Part shown: positions 1 to 9,333 of the stretch, piece after piece
Numbering within the stretch: the stretch's first letter is position 1
How the letters are laid out: each line of letters begins with the position of its first letter
Origin: Thermosulfurimonas dismutans
GTDB lineage: Bacteria; Desulfobacterota; Thermodesulfobacteria; Thermodesulfobacteriales; Thermodesulfobacteriaceae
Direction: 5' to 3'
DNA: 22,841 bases
NCBI RefSeq assembly: GCF_001652585.1
Contig: NZ_LWLG01000022.1
Location: 1-22,841, forward strand
Program-made: the position numbers and the translations under genes
The notes under the pieces: model-generated
What the model was told of the DNA's origin: nothing
Database searches by the model: none
Seen by the model: only the letters and a program-made list of their open reading frames with translations

Positions 1-213
1 GATACTTTCTGGAAAGAAGCTGAAAATTTCAAATTTAACGAAAAGAAATATAAAAAATTTGAGAGATTTTTAATTTTTTATTCTCAACTGAACGGAAGTT
101 TACATAAAAGAATTAATAAACATAGTTACACTGGTCTTAAATGGTATAATGTAGATAATAAAGAAATAACAAACATTCTTCAAAAAGTCTGTAAAATATC
201 AAATACTACCTAA
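1..213 (+). CDS. 3' end of an unidentified protein-coding gene (partial, runs off the left edge)
   Basis: Frame 1 is open from nt 1 to TAA 211-213. That is 70 sense codons in ~25-30% GC sequence, where stop codons are normally frequent. The stop abuts the AAGGAGG ribosome-binding site of the next gene. No family recognised. Confidence 0.4.
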   Translation, partial: DTFWKEAENFKFNEKKYKKFERFLIFYSQLNGSLHKRINKHSYTGLKWYNVDNKEITNILQKVCKISNTT

Positions 214-224
214 GGAGGAAAACA

Positions 225-1328
225 TTGCAATTTTTTAAAAAACATTTCTTTTTTTTAATGGTGGTCGTTTGTCCTACATTATTGACCATTATATATGAAG
301 CTTTTATTGTAACTCCAGTATATATAAGTGAATCTAAGGTAATAGTAAAAAGTCTTCACGACCAGCAGGGATTTCAGGGATTTGGGACCTTTCTTCAGAG
401 TATAGGTGTACTAAGTCCATCGTTTGTTGGTGCCAGTCTGGTCATGAATTACATGTCCTCTCGCACCGCTATGTTTGAACTGGAAAAAATCTTAAATCTT
501 AAGAAGTATTTTTCCAGAAAAGATATTGATTTTATACAAAGGTTTGATCCGTTTCATATTGATCCAAGTTATGAAAATTTTTTTGAATATTACCAAAAGA
601 AAATAGTAAATATAGGTATAGACATAAATTCCTCAATTCTTATTATAAAGGTCAGAGCCTTTGATCCTGAATTTGCATATAATGTCAATACAAATCTTAT
701 CAAGTTAAGCGAAAATTTTATAAACAGATTAAATGAACGGGCATCAACCACAGCAATCAAATTTTATGAGGCTAAACTCGAAGAATCCAGAAAAAAAGTT
801 CAACATTTCTCAGAGAAATTGGCAGAATTTTTAAGCCAGACCAAAGTGGTTGCTCCTGAAAGACAAATTGGAATTCTGCTGGAACATACAGCAAAACTGC
901 AAGAACAACTTATTCTAAAACAGATGGAACTTTCGAGAATTATTTCCGTGACTCCGGACAACCCCAAGATTGCCACTCTGAAAAAAGATATAGAGGAGAT
1001 AAAAAGAGAAATAAACAAAAATATAAACATAATTGCGGGCGACAAAAAATCAGTGGCATCTTATTCAATAAAATTGGAGCTTATGAGAGCAGAACTTGAG
1101 ATGTTACAAAAGGAGCTTGAGGCGAATTTGACGGCTTTTATTCAGGCGCAGAATCAGGCCCTTTTACAGCATCTCTTCATCGAGAAAGTGGAAGAACCCA
1201 CGAAGCCCGATGCCCCTAAGGAGCCCAAGCGGATCAAGAGCATTTTAACGGTATTTGCGATAAGCTTTGCAATATGGGGGATAATTTCTCTTTTTGCGGC
1301 CGGAGTCAAAGAACATCTGGGAAAATAA
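225..1328 (+). CDS. kpsE: Capsule polysaccharide export inner-membrane protein, KpsE-like (PCP-3 type co-polymerase/adaptor)
   Basis: TTG start lies 6 nt after AAGGAGG (212-218). An N-terminal TM helix is followed by PVYISESKVIVKS (KpsE-type signature region). The centre is long and K/E/L/Q-rich (coiled-coil-like), and there is a C-terminal TM helix (ILTVFAISFAIWGIISLFAAG). The gene sits immediately upstream of kpsM/kpsT homologues. Confidence 0.85.
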   Translation: MQFFKKHFFFLMVVVCPTLLTIIYEAFIVTPVYISESKVIVKSLHDQQGFQGFGTFLQSIGVLSPSFVGASLVMNYMSSRTAMFELEKILNLKKYFSRKDIDFIQRFDPFHIDPSYENFFEYYQKKIVNIGIDINSSILIIKVRAFDPEFAYNVNTNLIKLSENFINRLNERASTTAIKFYEAKLEESRKKVQHFSEKLAEFLSQTKVVAPERQIGILLEHTAKLQEQLILKQMELSRIISVTPDNPKIATLKKDIEEIKREINKNINIIAGDKKSVASYSIKLELMRAELEMLQKELEANLTAFIQAQNQALLQHLFIEKVEEPTKPDAPKEPKRIKSILTVFAISFAIWGIISLFAAGVKEHLGK

Positions 1329-1331
1329 AAA

Positions 1332-2126
1332 ATGAATAGCCTTACGGAATTTATAGAGGCCTTCAGAATTCAGAAACGGATTATTCATGCCCTCATGATG
1401 CGCGAAATTATCACCCGCTACGGAAGAAAAAACATAGGTTTCCTATGGCTGTTTGTAGAACCGGCCCTCATCACCCTGATATTTACCCTGGTTCATGGGT
1501 TATTTAGAGGACGTTCACACTCGGATTTTCCAGCCGTAATCTTCATGTTGAGTGGGTATTCCGCCTCCTCCCTTTGGAGAAATGTGGCTACCCATTGTTT
1601 GGCGGCCATAAAAGCCAACATAGCCCTTCTCTACCACAGATATGTGAAGATCCTGGACCTTCTTCTCTCCAGATTTGTGCTGGAAATAGGAGCGGTCACA
1701 GGGGCCTTTCTATTTCTTTTCATGGTGTTTCATGCCTTGAAGATGGCCTCTCTACCGGTAAATTACTTCCACGTAGTTCAGGGATGGTTTCTTATGTGCT
1801 GGCTTGGTATGGCCCTCGGTTTCATCACCGGCTCTCTGGCCACCATCTCTGAGGTATTCTCACGTATATGGCCTCCGCTAAACCTGATTTTTTTCATCAC
1901 CGGCGGCACCTTTTTCCTGATAGAATGGGTTCCAGAGCACTTCCGTAAACTAATCCTTCTTCTCCCCATGGCTCACAATATAGAAATGGTGCGATACGGA
2001 TTTCTCGGGGGAAAAATGCATCCTTACTATAGTGTGGAATATTCCGTAATGGCCAATCTTTTTCTTACCCTTATAGGTCTTTTATTGGTTAAATATGTGA
2101 GCCAAAAGGAGGAATTGATTACATAA
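1332..2126 (+). CDS. kpsM: Capsule polysaccharide ABC transporter permease (ABC-2 type), KpsM-like
   Basis: ATG lies 3 nt after the kpsE stop. The 264-aa protein is multi-TM, with an N-terminal ABC-2 permease motif REIITRYGRKNIGFLWLFVEP typical of KpsM/Wzm/TagG. Confidence 0.9.
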   Translation: MNSLTEFIEAFRIQKRIIHALMMREIITRYGRKNIGFLWLFVEPALITLIFTLVHGLFRGRSHSDFPAVIFMLSGYSASSLWRNVATHCLAAIKANIALLYHRYVKILDLLLSRFVLEIGAVTGAFLFLFMVFHALKMASLPVNYFHVVQGWFLMCWLGMALGFITGSLATISEVFSRIWPPLNLIFFITGGTFFLIEWVPEHFRKLILLLPMAHNIEMVRYGFLGGKMHPYYSVEYSVMANLFLTLIGLLLVKYVSQKEELIT

Positions 2127-2127
2127 A

Positions 2128-2787
2128 ATGAGTGAAAAATTTCTGGAATTGATCAATATAAGAAAAATATATCCCACTAGGTCCGGGCCTAAAATAGTCT
2201 TAAACGGTATCAATCTGCGGATCAATTACGGAGATAAGATAGGAATTCTTGGAAGGAATGCCGCCGGGAAATCCACATTGATCAGGATTATCGGAGGGGT
2301 ATCCAAGCCCACTAGTGGGAAAATCCTCAGGAGAATGAAAGTCAGCTGGCCCCTGGCCTTTCAAGGTGGCTTTCAGGGTAGTCTTACCGGTCTCGACAAT
2401 CTGAAATTTATATGTCGAATCTACGGAGTTCCCTGGAAGGAAAAATACGAATTTGTGAAAGAGTTTGCGGATTTGGGAGATTATTTTTATGAACCCGTAA
2501 AGACCTACTCTTCCGGTATGAGAGCAAGGCTGGCCTTTGCCATTTCCCTAGCCGTTGACTTCGATTGTTATCTGATAGACGAGGTAGTAGCGGTTGGGGA
2601 TAGCCGATTCCATCAAAAGTGCAAAAGAGAACTTTTTGAAAACAAAGCAGAGAAGAGCTATATACTGGTATCCCATCAGGGAAATTATATAAAACAGTTT
2701 TGCAATCGGTTCTTTGTACTCTCTAACGGTCAATTGCAGGAGTTTCCGAATTTTCAGGAGGCCTGGAATTTTTATACTTCACAGTGA
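2128..2787 (+). CDS. kpsT: Capsule polysaccharide ABC transporter ATP-binding protein, KpsT-like
   Basis: Walker A GRNAAGKST, ABC signature YSSGMRARL, Walker B DCYLIDE. The 219-aa size is typical of KpsT. ATG lies 1 nt after the kpsM stop. Confidence 0.92.
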   Translation: MSEKFLELINIRKIYPTRSGPKIVLNGINLRINYGDKIGILGRNAAGKSTLIRIIGGVSKPTSGKILRRMKVSWPLAFQGGFQGSLTGLDNLKFICRIYGVPWKEKYEFVKEFADLGDYFYEPVKTYSSGMRARLAFAISLAVDFDCYLIDEVVAVGDSRFHQKCKRELFENKAEKSYILVSHQGNYIKQFCNRFFVLSNGQLQEFPNFQEAWNFYTSQ

Positions 2788-4811
2788 AGCCTGATCTTCT
2801 TTCCCAAACGGAAGTCTTCCCTGTAAATGGTCAAATTAGGATTATAGTAAGGATCTCTTTCGATGTATTTTTTCCATTTTTTTCGTATGTAAGCTAGCTC
2901 TTTCTGCGCCTGGCGGTTTCGGTTAGAATTATATCCCCTGGATCTGCTTTCATAGTGATAAAGTTCCGCGTAAGGGGTATAGACAATCCTGTACCCCTTT
3001 TCATAAACTTTCAGGCAAAAGTCAAGATCATTGAAGGAGATGGCAAGATTTTTTTCATCGAATCCCCCCACTTCCCAAAAAATTTCTTTCCGGAAAACCA
3101 TGCAGGCCGCCGTTACGGCCAGATAGTTTCCGGGAAGAATCGCTCTGTACATATAACCGGGATCATCGGCGGGGAGACGTTTGAAGGCGTGGTCAGCCCC
3201 CCTCCATAGTCCAACCACCACCCCGGCGTGCTGAACCCTGTGATCGGAATAAAGCAGTCTGGCCCCCACTACCCCTATCTCTTTTCTAATAGCGCGGGAC
3301 ACCATTTCTTTTAACCAGATAGGTGATATTACCTCCGTATCATTGTTCAAAAGGCACACAATTTCCCCACGGGAATGTTTTACTCCGAAGTTGATGAGTT
3401 TAGAAAAGTTAAAAGGAATATCATATTTTAATACCCTCACCTTCTCTTTTCGTGAAATGCTCTTGAAGAATTCAAGAGTTCCTCTTTTCCGGGAACCGTT
3501 GTCCACAATGAGGATTTCATAGGCTTGGTAGTCTGTTTTTTCAAGAATGCTTGATACGCACCTTGAGAGTAAATCCACTCTATCCCTGGTAGGAATGACA
3601 ATGGATACCGGCGGCTCTTCCAGAGGTAGAGGATAGCGAACCCTGAAAGTATGGGGAATTTGGCCTTTTTCTACCTTGGCGTCCGGGGCGTACCAGGAAA
3701 GGAATTCTTTCAGGGCTAAAAGCCCCCGTTCCCATTCCTCCTCTTCGTATTCCCAGCCTTTACTGTAAAGAACGATCGGGATGTGCCCCACCTTCAGTTT
3801 CCCTTTGTGCTTCCAGAGTTTCAGGAAGGCACGGTATATCGTATAATGTCCGTATCCTCTTTCGAATCCCCCGATTGCTTCCAGATCGTCTATTTTGAAA
3901 ACCACAAGATTCTGTATGTAATCATGGGAAAGATAATATTCTGGACTAAAGTCTGGTTTTAGTCGTGGGGAACATCTCTTTTCTTCGTCTATAGAGTCGC
4001 TATCCGTATAAATGACATCAAAATCTCCATTTTTATTAAGAAAACTTACGATGCAGGCCAGAGCTATCTCCGACAGGACATCCCCCGCAAAAAGAAAACA
4101 CAGGTATTCCCCACTCGTTTTTGCTAAAACTTGATCGAGATTTTCATCATTGACGAGAAAATATTCCCAGCGATCGTAAACCTGTCTTTTCAGAGACTCG
4201 ATGGTTCTATCCGGGTTTTTCTGACCATTGTCAACATAGATTATTACGGAAATCAGAGGCTTGTATTTCAGCCTGTGAACCCGGTTCTTCCATTTTGGAA
4301 GTTGTTCGTGCAAAAGCCTTTCATAGATAGCCAGCCAGTCTGAATAATTTTCATCTGCACAAATCCTTAAATATCTGGCATAACTTATACGGTGATAGCT
4401 CTTCTTTGGACTCATAAGTATATCCCACACGCTCAGTCCCGCTTCTCTTTTCAGGTCTCTCGTAATTTTATTCCTCGAAAAGAGCACGGGGAGAATTGTG
4501 CGATAAAACCTGTAGATTCTTTCGGGAAAACTTATCTCTTTTATTTCTATCCTTTCGGCGATTTTTATAATACCTCTTTCTAAACAGAAGTTGATATCTA
4601 TTGTTTTTAATTCTTTAGCGGCATAAAAAATGTAATTTATCGAGCCACTTTTAGCTATGGGCAACCTTTTGGTTTCGTGCCTACCATCCTGGTAGTGCAA
4701 TATGATTTTGGTCTTACATAAATCACAGGTGGCCTTCACCCTGCCTCGGATGAGGAACCAGCCTCTTTTCCCTGCGAAAGGAAAGGTCAGTGTATTTCCA
4801 GAGAGGTCCAT
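2772..4811 (-). CDS. Multidomain family-2 glycosyltransferase (two GT-A regions), rhamnosyltransferase-like architecture
   Basis: ATG at 4811 has GGAG 5 nt upstream on the - strand. First GT-A-like region: LISVIIYVDNGQKNPDRTIESLKRQVYDRWEYFLVND. Second, canonical GT2 region: VSIVIPTRDRVDLLSRCVSSILEKTDYQAYEILIVDNGS ... LLNNDTEV ... FNDLDFCLKVYEKGYRIVYTPYAELYHYES. Sugar specificity cannot be read from sequence. Confidence 0.85.
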   Translation of the reverse strand: MDLSGNTLTFPFAGKRGWFLIRGRVKATCDLCKTKIILHYQDGRHETKRLPIAKSGSINYIFYAAKELKTIDINFCLERGIIKIAERIEIKEISFPERIYRFYRTILPVLFSRNKITRDLKREAGLSVWDILMSPKKSYHRISYARYLRICADENYSDWLAIYERLLHEQLPKWKNRVHRLKYKPLISVIIYVDNGQKNPDRTIESLKRQVYDRWEYFLVNDENLDQVLAKTSGEYLCFLFAGDVLSEIALACIVSFLNKNGDFDVIYTDSDSIDEEKRCSPRLKPDFSPEYYLSHDYIQNLVVFKIDDLEAIGGFERGYGHYTIYRAFLKLWKHKGKLKVGHIPIVLYSKGWEYEEEEWERGLLALKEFLSWYAPDAKVEKGQIPHTFRVRYPLPLEEPPVSIVIPTRDRVDLLSRCVSSILEKTDYQAYEILIVDNGSRKRGTLEFFKSISRKEKVRVLKYDIPFNFSKLINFGVKHSRGEIVCLLNNDTEVISPIWLKEMVSRAIRKEIGVVGARLLYSDHRVQHAGVVVGLWRGADHAFKRLPADDPGYMYRAILPGNYLAVTAACMVFRKEIFWEVGGFDEKNLAISFNDLDFCLKVYEKGYRIVYTPYAELYHYESRSRGYNSNRNRQAQKELAYIRKKWKKYIERDPYYNPNLTIYREDFRLGKKIRLHCEV

Positions 4812-5776
4812 ATTTGCTCCGATTTTTGTTTCAGGTGTTCGATTAACCTCAGGGCGTTTTGATAAATTTCCTGTCTTTTCTTTTTGTTTCTGGCAAGTTC
4901 AATTATAACTTCTACCCAGTCTTTTACCTCCATAGGCAAGACCATTCCGGCCCCGGCAGAACTTATCATCTCCGCATAAATACTTTCAGCAGAATAGATT
5001 CCGACCCCACCGGCCCGGGTTATGTCGAAAAATTTGGTGTAACTCCGTCCCCGGTTAAATGGAGTATCGAACATCGGGGCAAGCCCTATGTGCCTGTATC
5101 TCATGATCGAGAAACGCAGATAGGTGCGCCAGGACATAGGCTTAAAAAGGATGACATTTTTTAGATTTTTGAAGAAGGAAACGGTGCACTTGTTGGCAAT
5201 GATCTCAAAGAGAATATTAGTTTTCTTTTCGGTAACCTTTCTCACCACCTCGGCAAGCCATTCGAACTCCTTTCGATAGGAATAGGTGCTGTGATAAAAG
5301 ACGAGGATATTACCGTCCGGGTTAAAATTTACCCCCAAAGGCCCTATCTCCAGGGGATAGGGTAAAACAACTCTGGGATGCAGGTCGCGATATTTGCGGG
5401 CGAGATGCTCATTACAAACCCATACCTCGGCCCCAATATCTTTGATCCAGCTCTTGTGTCGGGTAGCGTACCAGAAAACCTTCCATCTATATCTCAGCGA
5501 GAGTCCGCTGGTGGCTCTTACATCGAGGAGATCATCGTCCATTAAATAGATCAATCTTTTTATGTTTCTTCGATTGGCTTTTATCAAGTTTTTCAGGGAA
5601 TCGGTTAGGTAGCGGACGATGAAGACCGTTTTACCTTTCAGGTCTATGTTTTTGGGAAGGCTGTGAAGATGATAATTTTCCACCTGTAAACCTCTTTTTT
5701 GGAGAAAGGGCTTCAGGAAATAGGCCGTTGTGGGCTCGGTATTGAACTCGAAGATCAGAAATCTATTAGATACCAC
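4787..5776 (-). CDS. Uncharacterised protein, possibly a GT-B-like glycosyltransferase
   Basis: GTG start, 329 aa. It overlaps the downstream same-strand GT2 gene by 25 nt, which suggests one operon. The C-terminal half (ILVFYHS ... GLAPMFDTPFNRGRSYTKFFDITRAGGVGIYS) looks Rossmann/GT-B-like, but I saw no diagnostic motif. Coding status is well supported; function is not. Confidence 0.45.
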   Translation of the reverse strand: MVSNRFLIFEFNTEPTTAYFLKPFLQKRGLQVENYHLHSLPKNIDLKGKTVFIVRYLTDSLKNLIKANRRNIKRLIYLMDDDLLDVRATSGLSLRYRWKVFWYATRHKSWIKDIGAEVWVCNEHLARKYRDLHPRVVLPYPLEIGPLGVNFNPDGNILVFYHSTYSYRKEFEWLAEVVRKVTEKKTNILFEIIANKCTVSFFKNLKNVILFKPMSWRTYLRFSIMRYRHIGLAPMFDTPFNRGRSYTKFFDITRAGGVGIYSAESIYAEMISSAGAGMVLPMEVKDWVEVIIELARNKKKRQEIYQNALRLIEHLKQKSEQIWTSLEIH

Positions 5777-5835
5777 TTTTTTCTAACCCCATCCTGGAAA
5801 ATCATCAGTGTAATTCATACCATAAAAACAACCCT

Positions 5836-5864
5836 TTGCATAACAAGAACAACCCATTTACAAT
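5836..5864 (+). promoter_or_regulatory. Candidate sigma70-type promoter for the cysC-led operon
   Basis: TTGCAT (5836-5841), a 17-nt spacer, then TACAAT (5859-5864), in the divergent intergenic region. This is ~45 nt upstream of the SD-supported cysC start. Hexamer match only; the host sigma specificity is unknown. Confidence 0.4.
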
Positions 5865-5907
5865 AAAGAGCGTTCCGTTCAAACGAGATCGGAGGGGAGG
5901 TACGAAA

Positions 5908-6513
5908 TTGAAAAGTCCGCATGTGGTTTGGCATCCCCAGTTGGTAACCCGGGAAGATCGGGAACGTCTGAACAAACACCGAAGCGGAGTGATCTGGTTT
6001 ACTGGTCTCCCTGCCTCGGGAAAATCCACCATCGCCCATTTCGTGGAGAGGAATCTCTTCGAGAGGGGTATTCGGGCCTATGTGCTCGATGGAGACAATG
6101 TCCGCCACGGTCTGTGTGCGGATCTAGGTTTTAGTCGAGAAGACCGGCGTGAAAACCTGAGGCGCATTGCGGAAGTTTGTAAGCTGATGGTGGACGCGGG
6201 TCTGATCGTGTTAGCGGCTTTCGTTTCCCCCTTTCGCGAGGACCGTCAGTATGTGCGAGAAATCATAGGCAATGACTGTTTCTTTGAGGTTTACGTAAAA
6301 TGTAGTCCGGAAACGTGTGAAAAACGGGATCCCAAAGGGCTCTATCGAAAGGCCCGGGCCGGAAAGATCGAAGGTTTTACCGGAATCAACGCCCCTTATG
6401 AAGAACCGGAAGCCCCCGATCTTGTTCTGGATACAGAAAAACACGATCTGGAGGAATGTGTTTCTTTGGTCCTCAAGATGCTTTCTCAAAAGAAATTTAT
6501 TTTACTTATTTGA
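5908..6513 (+). CDS. cysC: Adenylylsulfate (APS) kinase, makes PAPS
   Basis: P-loop GLPASGKST, then LDGDNVRHGL, FVSPFREDR and KGLYRKARAGKIEGFTGI, all colinear with CysC. I placed the start at in-frame TTG 5908, 7 nt after GGAGGGGAGG (5891-5900), which gives 201 aa. The longest-ORF TTG at 5836 has no SD and coincides with the -35-like box. Confidence 0.9.
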   Translation: MKSPHVVWHPQLVTREDRERLNKHRSGVIWFTGLPASGKSTIAHFVERNLFERGIRAYVLDGDNVRHGLCADLGFSREDRRENLRRIAEVCKLMVDAGLIVLAAFVSPFREDRQYVREIIGNDCFFEVYVKCSPETCEKRDPKGLYRKARAGKIEGFTGINAPYEEPEAPDLVLDTEKHDLEECVSLVLKMLSQKKFILLI

Positions 6514-6659
6514 CAAAAGAGTTGAAAGGGATTATGGAAATGGGCCGGATCGTCTCTTGAGATTTGGAGCTGGTGTCCCTTTCGGGCTTTTCGACAGAAG
6601 GGGGGGATGGGGTTGCTTTTGACCCTTAAGGATCAAGAACGATTGGGAGTACAGCTTCT

Positions 6660-7850
6660 ATGAAAGAAGAGGTTTACCCCTGGCAAAGAAGGCTAGTATT
6701 ACTCATTATGTTTTTGTTGGTGGTTCTGAATGCTTCTTGTTCCTATTTCTTGCCTCAATCTGGTCCTTCTACTTTCGGCATAAAAAAAATTTCCCTCGAT
6801 CAAAGATTAGGTATTGAGAAATATGTCACTTTAGTGAAGTTGAACCCCCGAATCATCCTGGCCTTTCCAGATGTCAAGATCTTTTGGACCAAAGATTTGG
6901 AAGGTTTTGTGGTTGGTAGGTATTCTCCGATAATAGACACGGGGGATGTTCTGGAAATATTCGTATATGAATCTCCTCCCCCACTACTTTTCAGTTCGGC
7001 TTCCATTTTGGGCATCCAGCAGAACGAGGTGGTGGCCTTTCGCATCCCTCCACAAATTGTGGATGAAAACGGGTATATTCTGGTTCCCTTTGCGGGCCGA
7101 ATAAAGGCTAAGGGCAAAAGGCCCGAAGAAGTCGCTCAATCCATAGCGGCCAAACTTGCGCGAAAAGCGAACAATCCCCAGGTAGTGGTCAAGTTGTCTG
7201 GGTTCAATTCCTCTTACGTCACCGTCTTTGGAGAGGTAAGGGAAAGCAGGAAGGTGCCCCTCACTTATTCCAACTTCAGGCTTCTCGACGCCCTGGCTTC
7301 CGTAGGAGGGGTGACCTCACCCATAAACAAGACTCTGGTTCAGATCGACCGAAAAGGGAAGACCATACGGTTGCCTCTGGAGGAAGTCATAAGGGACCCT
7401 AAACTGAATCTGAATCTCCAACCCGGTGATGTGATAACTGTGGTTTATAAGACCCAGTCGGCGGTCTTTCTGGGAGCCTCCGGCCGCAATATGGAGCTGG
7501 AATTCGAGGCCAGGGGAATAAACCTTTCGCAGGCCCTGGGAAGGGTTGGAGGGCTCCAGGACGACAGGGCCCACGCCAAGGGACTTTTCATTTTCCGGCT
7601 TGAAGATAAGGACGTTTTACGTAAAATAGGGATCAAACCGAAAGCGGTAGCTATGGGGGGTAAGATACCGGTAATCTACAATGTAGATCTTTCCGACCCT
7701 GCTTCTTTCCTCATCCTCAAAAATTTTTATTTAAAAGACGGAGATATTGTGTATATAGCCACGGCTCCTGCCGTGCAACTACAGAAGTTCTTGCGGGTAA
7801 TTTCGCCCATAATTTCCGACATTTTTATGATAGATCGGCTTTCGAAGTAG
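6660..7850 (+). CDS. Outer-membrane polysaccharide export protein (OPX family; Wza/KpsD-like)
   Basis: N-terminal signal sequence ends in the lipobox-like LVVLNASC. Poly_export-like segment: GDVLEIFVYE ... ILVPFAGRIKAKGKRPEEVAQSIAAKL. Repeated SLBB-like segments: VTVFGEVRESRKVPL ... LLDALASVGG; LQPGDVITV; LSQALGRVGG ... GDIVYI. Confidence 0.85.
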   Translation: MKEEVYPWQRRLVLLIMFLLVVLNASCSYFLPQSGPSTFGIKKISLDQRLGIEKYVTLVKLNPRIILAFPDVKIFWTKDLEGFVVGRYSPIIDTGDVLEIFVYESPPPLLFSSASILGIQQNEVVAFRIPPQIVDENGYILVPFAGRIKAKGKRPEEVAQSIAAKLARKANNPQVVVKLSGFNSSYVTVFGEVRESRKVPLTYSNFRLLDALASVGGVTSPINKTLVQIDRKGKTIRLPLEEVIRDPKLNLNLQPGDVITVVYKTQSAVFLGASGRNMELEFEARGINLSQALGRVGGLQDDRAHAKGLFIFRLEDKDVLRKIGIKPKAVAMGGKIPVIYNVDLSDPASFLILKNFYLKDGDIVYIATAPAVQLQKFLRVISPIISDIFMIDRLSK

Positions 7851-7885
7851 TTTGACCACTATCAATAGAGGGGGGTAAGACAAAA

Positions 7886-8764
7886 ATGAAAGGTGTGGTT
7901 CTGGCCGGGGGCTCGGGTACCAGGTTGTACCCGGTTACCAAGTGCATCAACAAACATCTATTGCCCGTCTATAACAAGCCCATGATTTATTATCCGCTTT
8001 CGGTGCTCATGCTGGCAAGGATAAGAGAGATCATCCTGGTGGTCAATCCGGAAGACGAAGGGGTATATCGAGAACTCCTTTCCGATGGTTCTCAATTGGG
8101 GATGAGCATCAGTTACGCTATTCAAGGCAATCCCGGTGGGCTGGCTCACGCCCTTCTTTCGGCGGAAGAGCTGGTCCAGGGAGACAATGTGTGTGTGCTC
8201 CTCGGGGACAATATCTTTTTCGGGCACGGCCTTACGGAAATGGTAAACGAAGCCCGGAGGGAAATTGAAGAACATGGCGGGGCTTACATTTTTGGCTATT
8301 ACGTCCATGATCCTGAAAGGTACGGAATAGTTGAGTTCGATGAGGAGGGAAGGGCTATATCCCTGGAGGAGAAACCCAAGAAGCCGAAATCCCACTACGC
8401 CGTGGTAGGGCTTTACTTTTACGATCCAACGGTCTTTGAAAAGGCCAGAAAGGTGAAACCTTCCAAAAGAGGGGAAATGGAAATCACCTCGGTCAACGAA
8501 AAGTACCTCAAAGAAGGGAAACTCAGAGTGAAGCGTTTGGGGCGCGGTTTTGCCTGGTTCGACGCCGGAACCCACGACAGCTTTTTGGATGCCGGGAAAT
8601 TTGTGTCCACTATAGAGAAGAAGGCCGGTCTGATGGTGGGCTGTATCGAAGAGATAGCCTACCGAAACGGATGGATAGACAAGAAACAACTCAAAGAACT
8701 GGCCAAATCTATGGAAAAGACGGATTACGGAAAGTATCTTCTGGAAATCGCCAAAGGGGGCTAA
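7886..8764 (+). CDS. rfbA: Glucose-1-phosphate thymidylyltransferase
   Basis: [18 protein letters not shown] (G-x-G-T-R-L), [29 protein letters not shown]. The 292-aa size is typical. A strong SD (GAGGGGGG) lies upstream. Confidence 0.95.
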   Translation: MKGVVLAGGSGTRLYPVTKCINKHLLPVYNKPMIYYPLSVLMLARIREIILVVNPEDEGVYRELLSDGSQLGMSISYAIQGNPGGLAHALLSAEELVQGDNVCVLLGDNIFFGHGLTEMVNEARREIEEHGGAYIFGYYVHDPERYGIVEFDEEGRAISLEEKPKKPKSHYAVVGLYFYDPTVFEKARKVKPSKRGEMEITSVNEKYLKEGKLRVKRLGRGFAWFDAGTHDSFLDAGKFVSTIEKKAGLMVGCIEEIAYRNGWIDKKQLKELAKSMEKTDYGKYLLEIAKGG

Positions 8765-8766
8765 AA

Positions 8767-9333
8767 ATGCCTTTTACGTTCACTCGTTTGGAGATACCCG
8801 ATGTGATCCTGATCGAACCGAAGGTTTTCGGCGATGAAAGGGGGTTTTTCCTGGAAACCTACAAGGCTTCGGAGTTCAGGGCCAACGGGATATCCTATGA
8901 TTTTGCTCAGGACAACCATTCCCGGTCTCAGAAAGGAGTTTTGAGGGGGCTTCACTATCAGCTTGAGCCCATGGAGCAGGGAAAGCTCGTGAGGTGTATC
9001 AGGGGCAGGATATGGGACGTAGCGGTGGATATAAGGAAGGGCTCTCCTTGGTTCGGAAAGTGGGTAGCGGCGGAGCTTTCGGGGGAAAACAAGCTTATGC
9101 TCTGGATCCCGCCGGGTTTTGCCCACGGTTTCGTGGCCCTGGAAGACGGAACGGAGATCCTTTACAAGGTCACCAAGGAATATGCCCCGGAGCTCGACCG
9201 GGGGATAATCTGGAACGATCCGGATCTGGCTATAACCTGGCCGGTGGAAAACCCGATTCTTTCCGAAAAAGACAGTCGTCTTCCCAATCTTAAAGAAGCC
9301 GAGATCAATTTCGTTTACGGGGGGAAAAAATGA
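8767..9333 (+). CDS. rfbC: dTDP-4-dehydrorhamnose 3,5-epimerase
   Basis: Start set at ATG 8767, 2 nt after the rfbA stop and preceded by AAAGGGGG. The longest-ORF start at 8671 lies inside rfbA. Motifs: FGDERGFFLETY, RGLHYQ, KLVRCIRGRIWDVAVDIR, GFAHGF. 188 aa. Confidence 0.93.
   Translation: MPFTFTRLEIPDVILIEPKVFGDERGFFLETYKASEFRANGISYDFAQDNHSRSQKGVLRGLHYQLEPMEQGKLVRCIRGRIWDVAVDIRKGSPWFGKWVAAELSGENKLMLWIPPGFAHGFVALEDGTEILYKVTKEYAPELDRGIIWNDPDLAITWPVENPILSEKDSRLPNLKEAEINFVYGGKK

Noticed and set aside
6510-6538. TTGACA-N17-TATGGA in the 146-nt cysC/OPX spacer, as an internal promoter
   Set aside because: The -35 box is perfect, but the -10 matches only 3/6 and lacks the conserved final T. The only nearby hairpin (CCC-TTTC-GGG at ~6586-6595) has a 3-bp stem, so there is no support for a terminator either.
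7958-8689. 243-aa ORF on the - strand
   Set aside because: It lies entirely antisense to rfbA, whose product shows unambiguous thymidylyltransferase motifs. The translation is low-complexity with no recognisable family, so it is a shadow ORF in GC-rich coding sequence.
8671-8766. 32-codon N-terminal extension of rfbC given by the longest ORF
   Set aside because: It lies inside the rfbA coding region. ATG 8767 has its own SD and yields the canonical MPF...RLEIPDV epimerase N-terminus.
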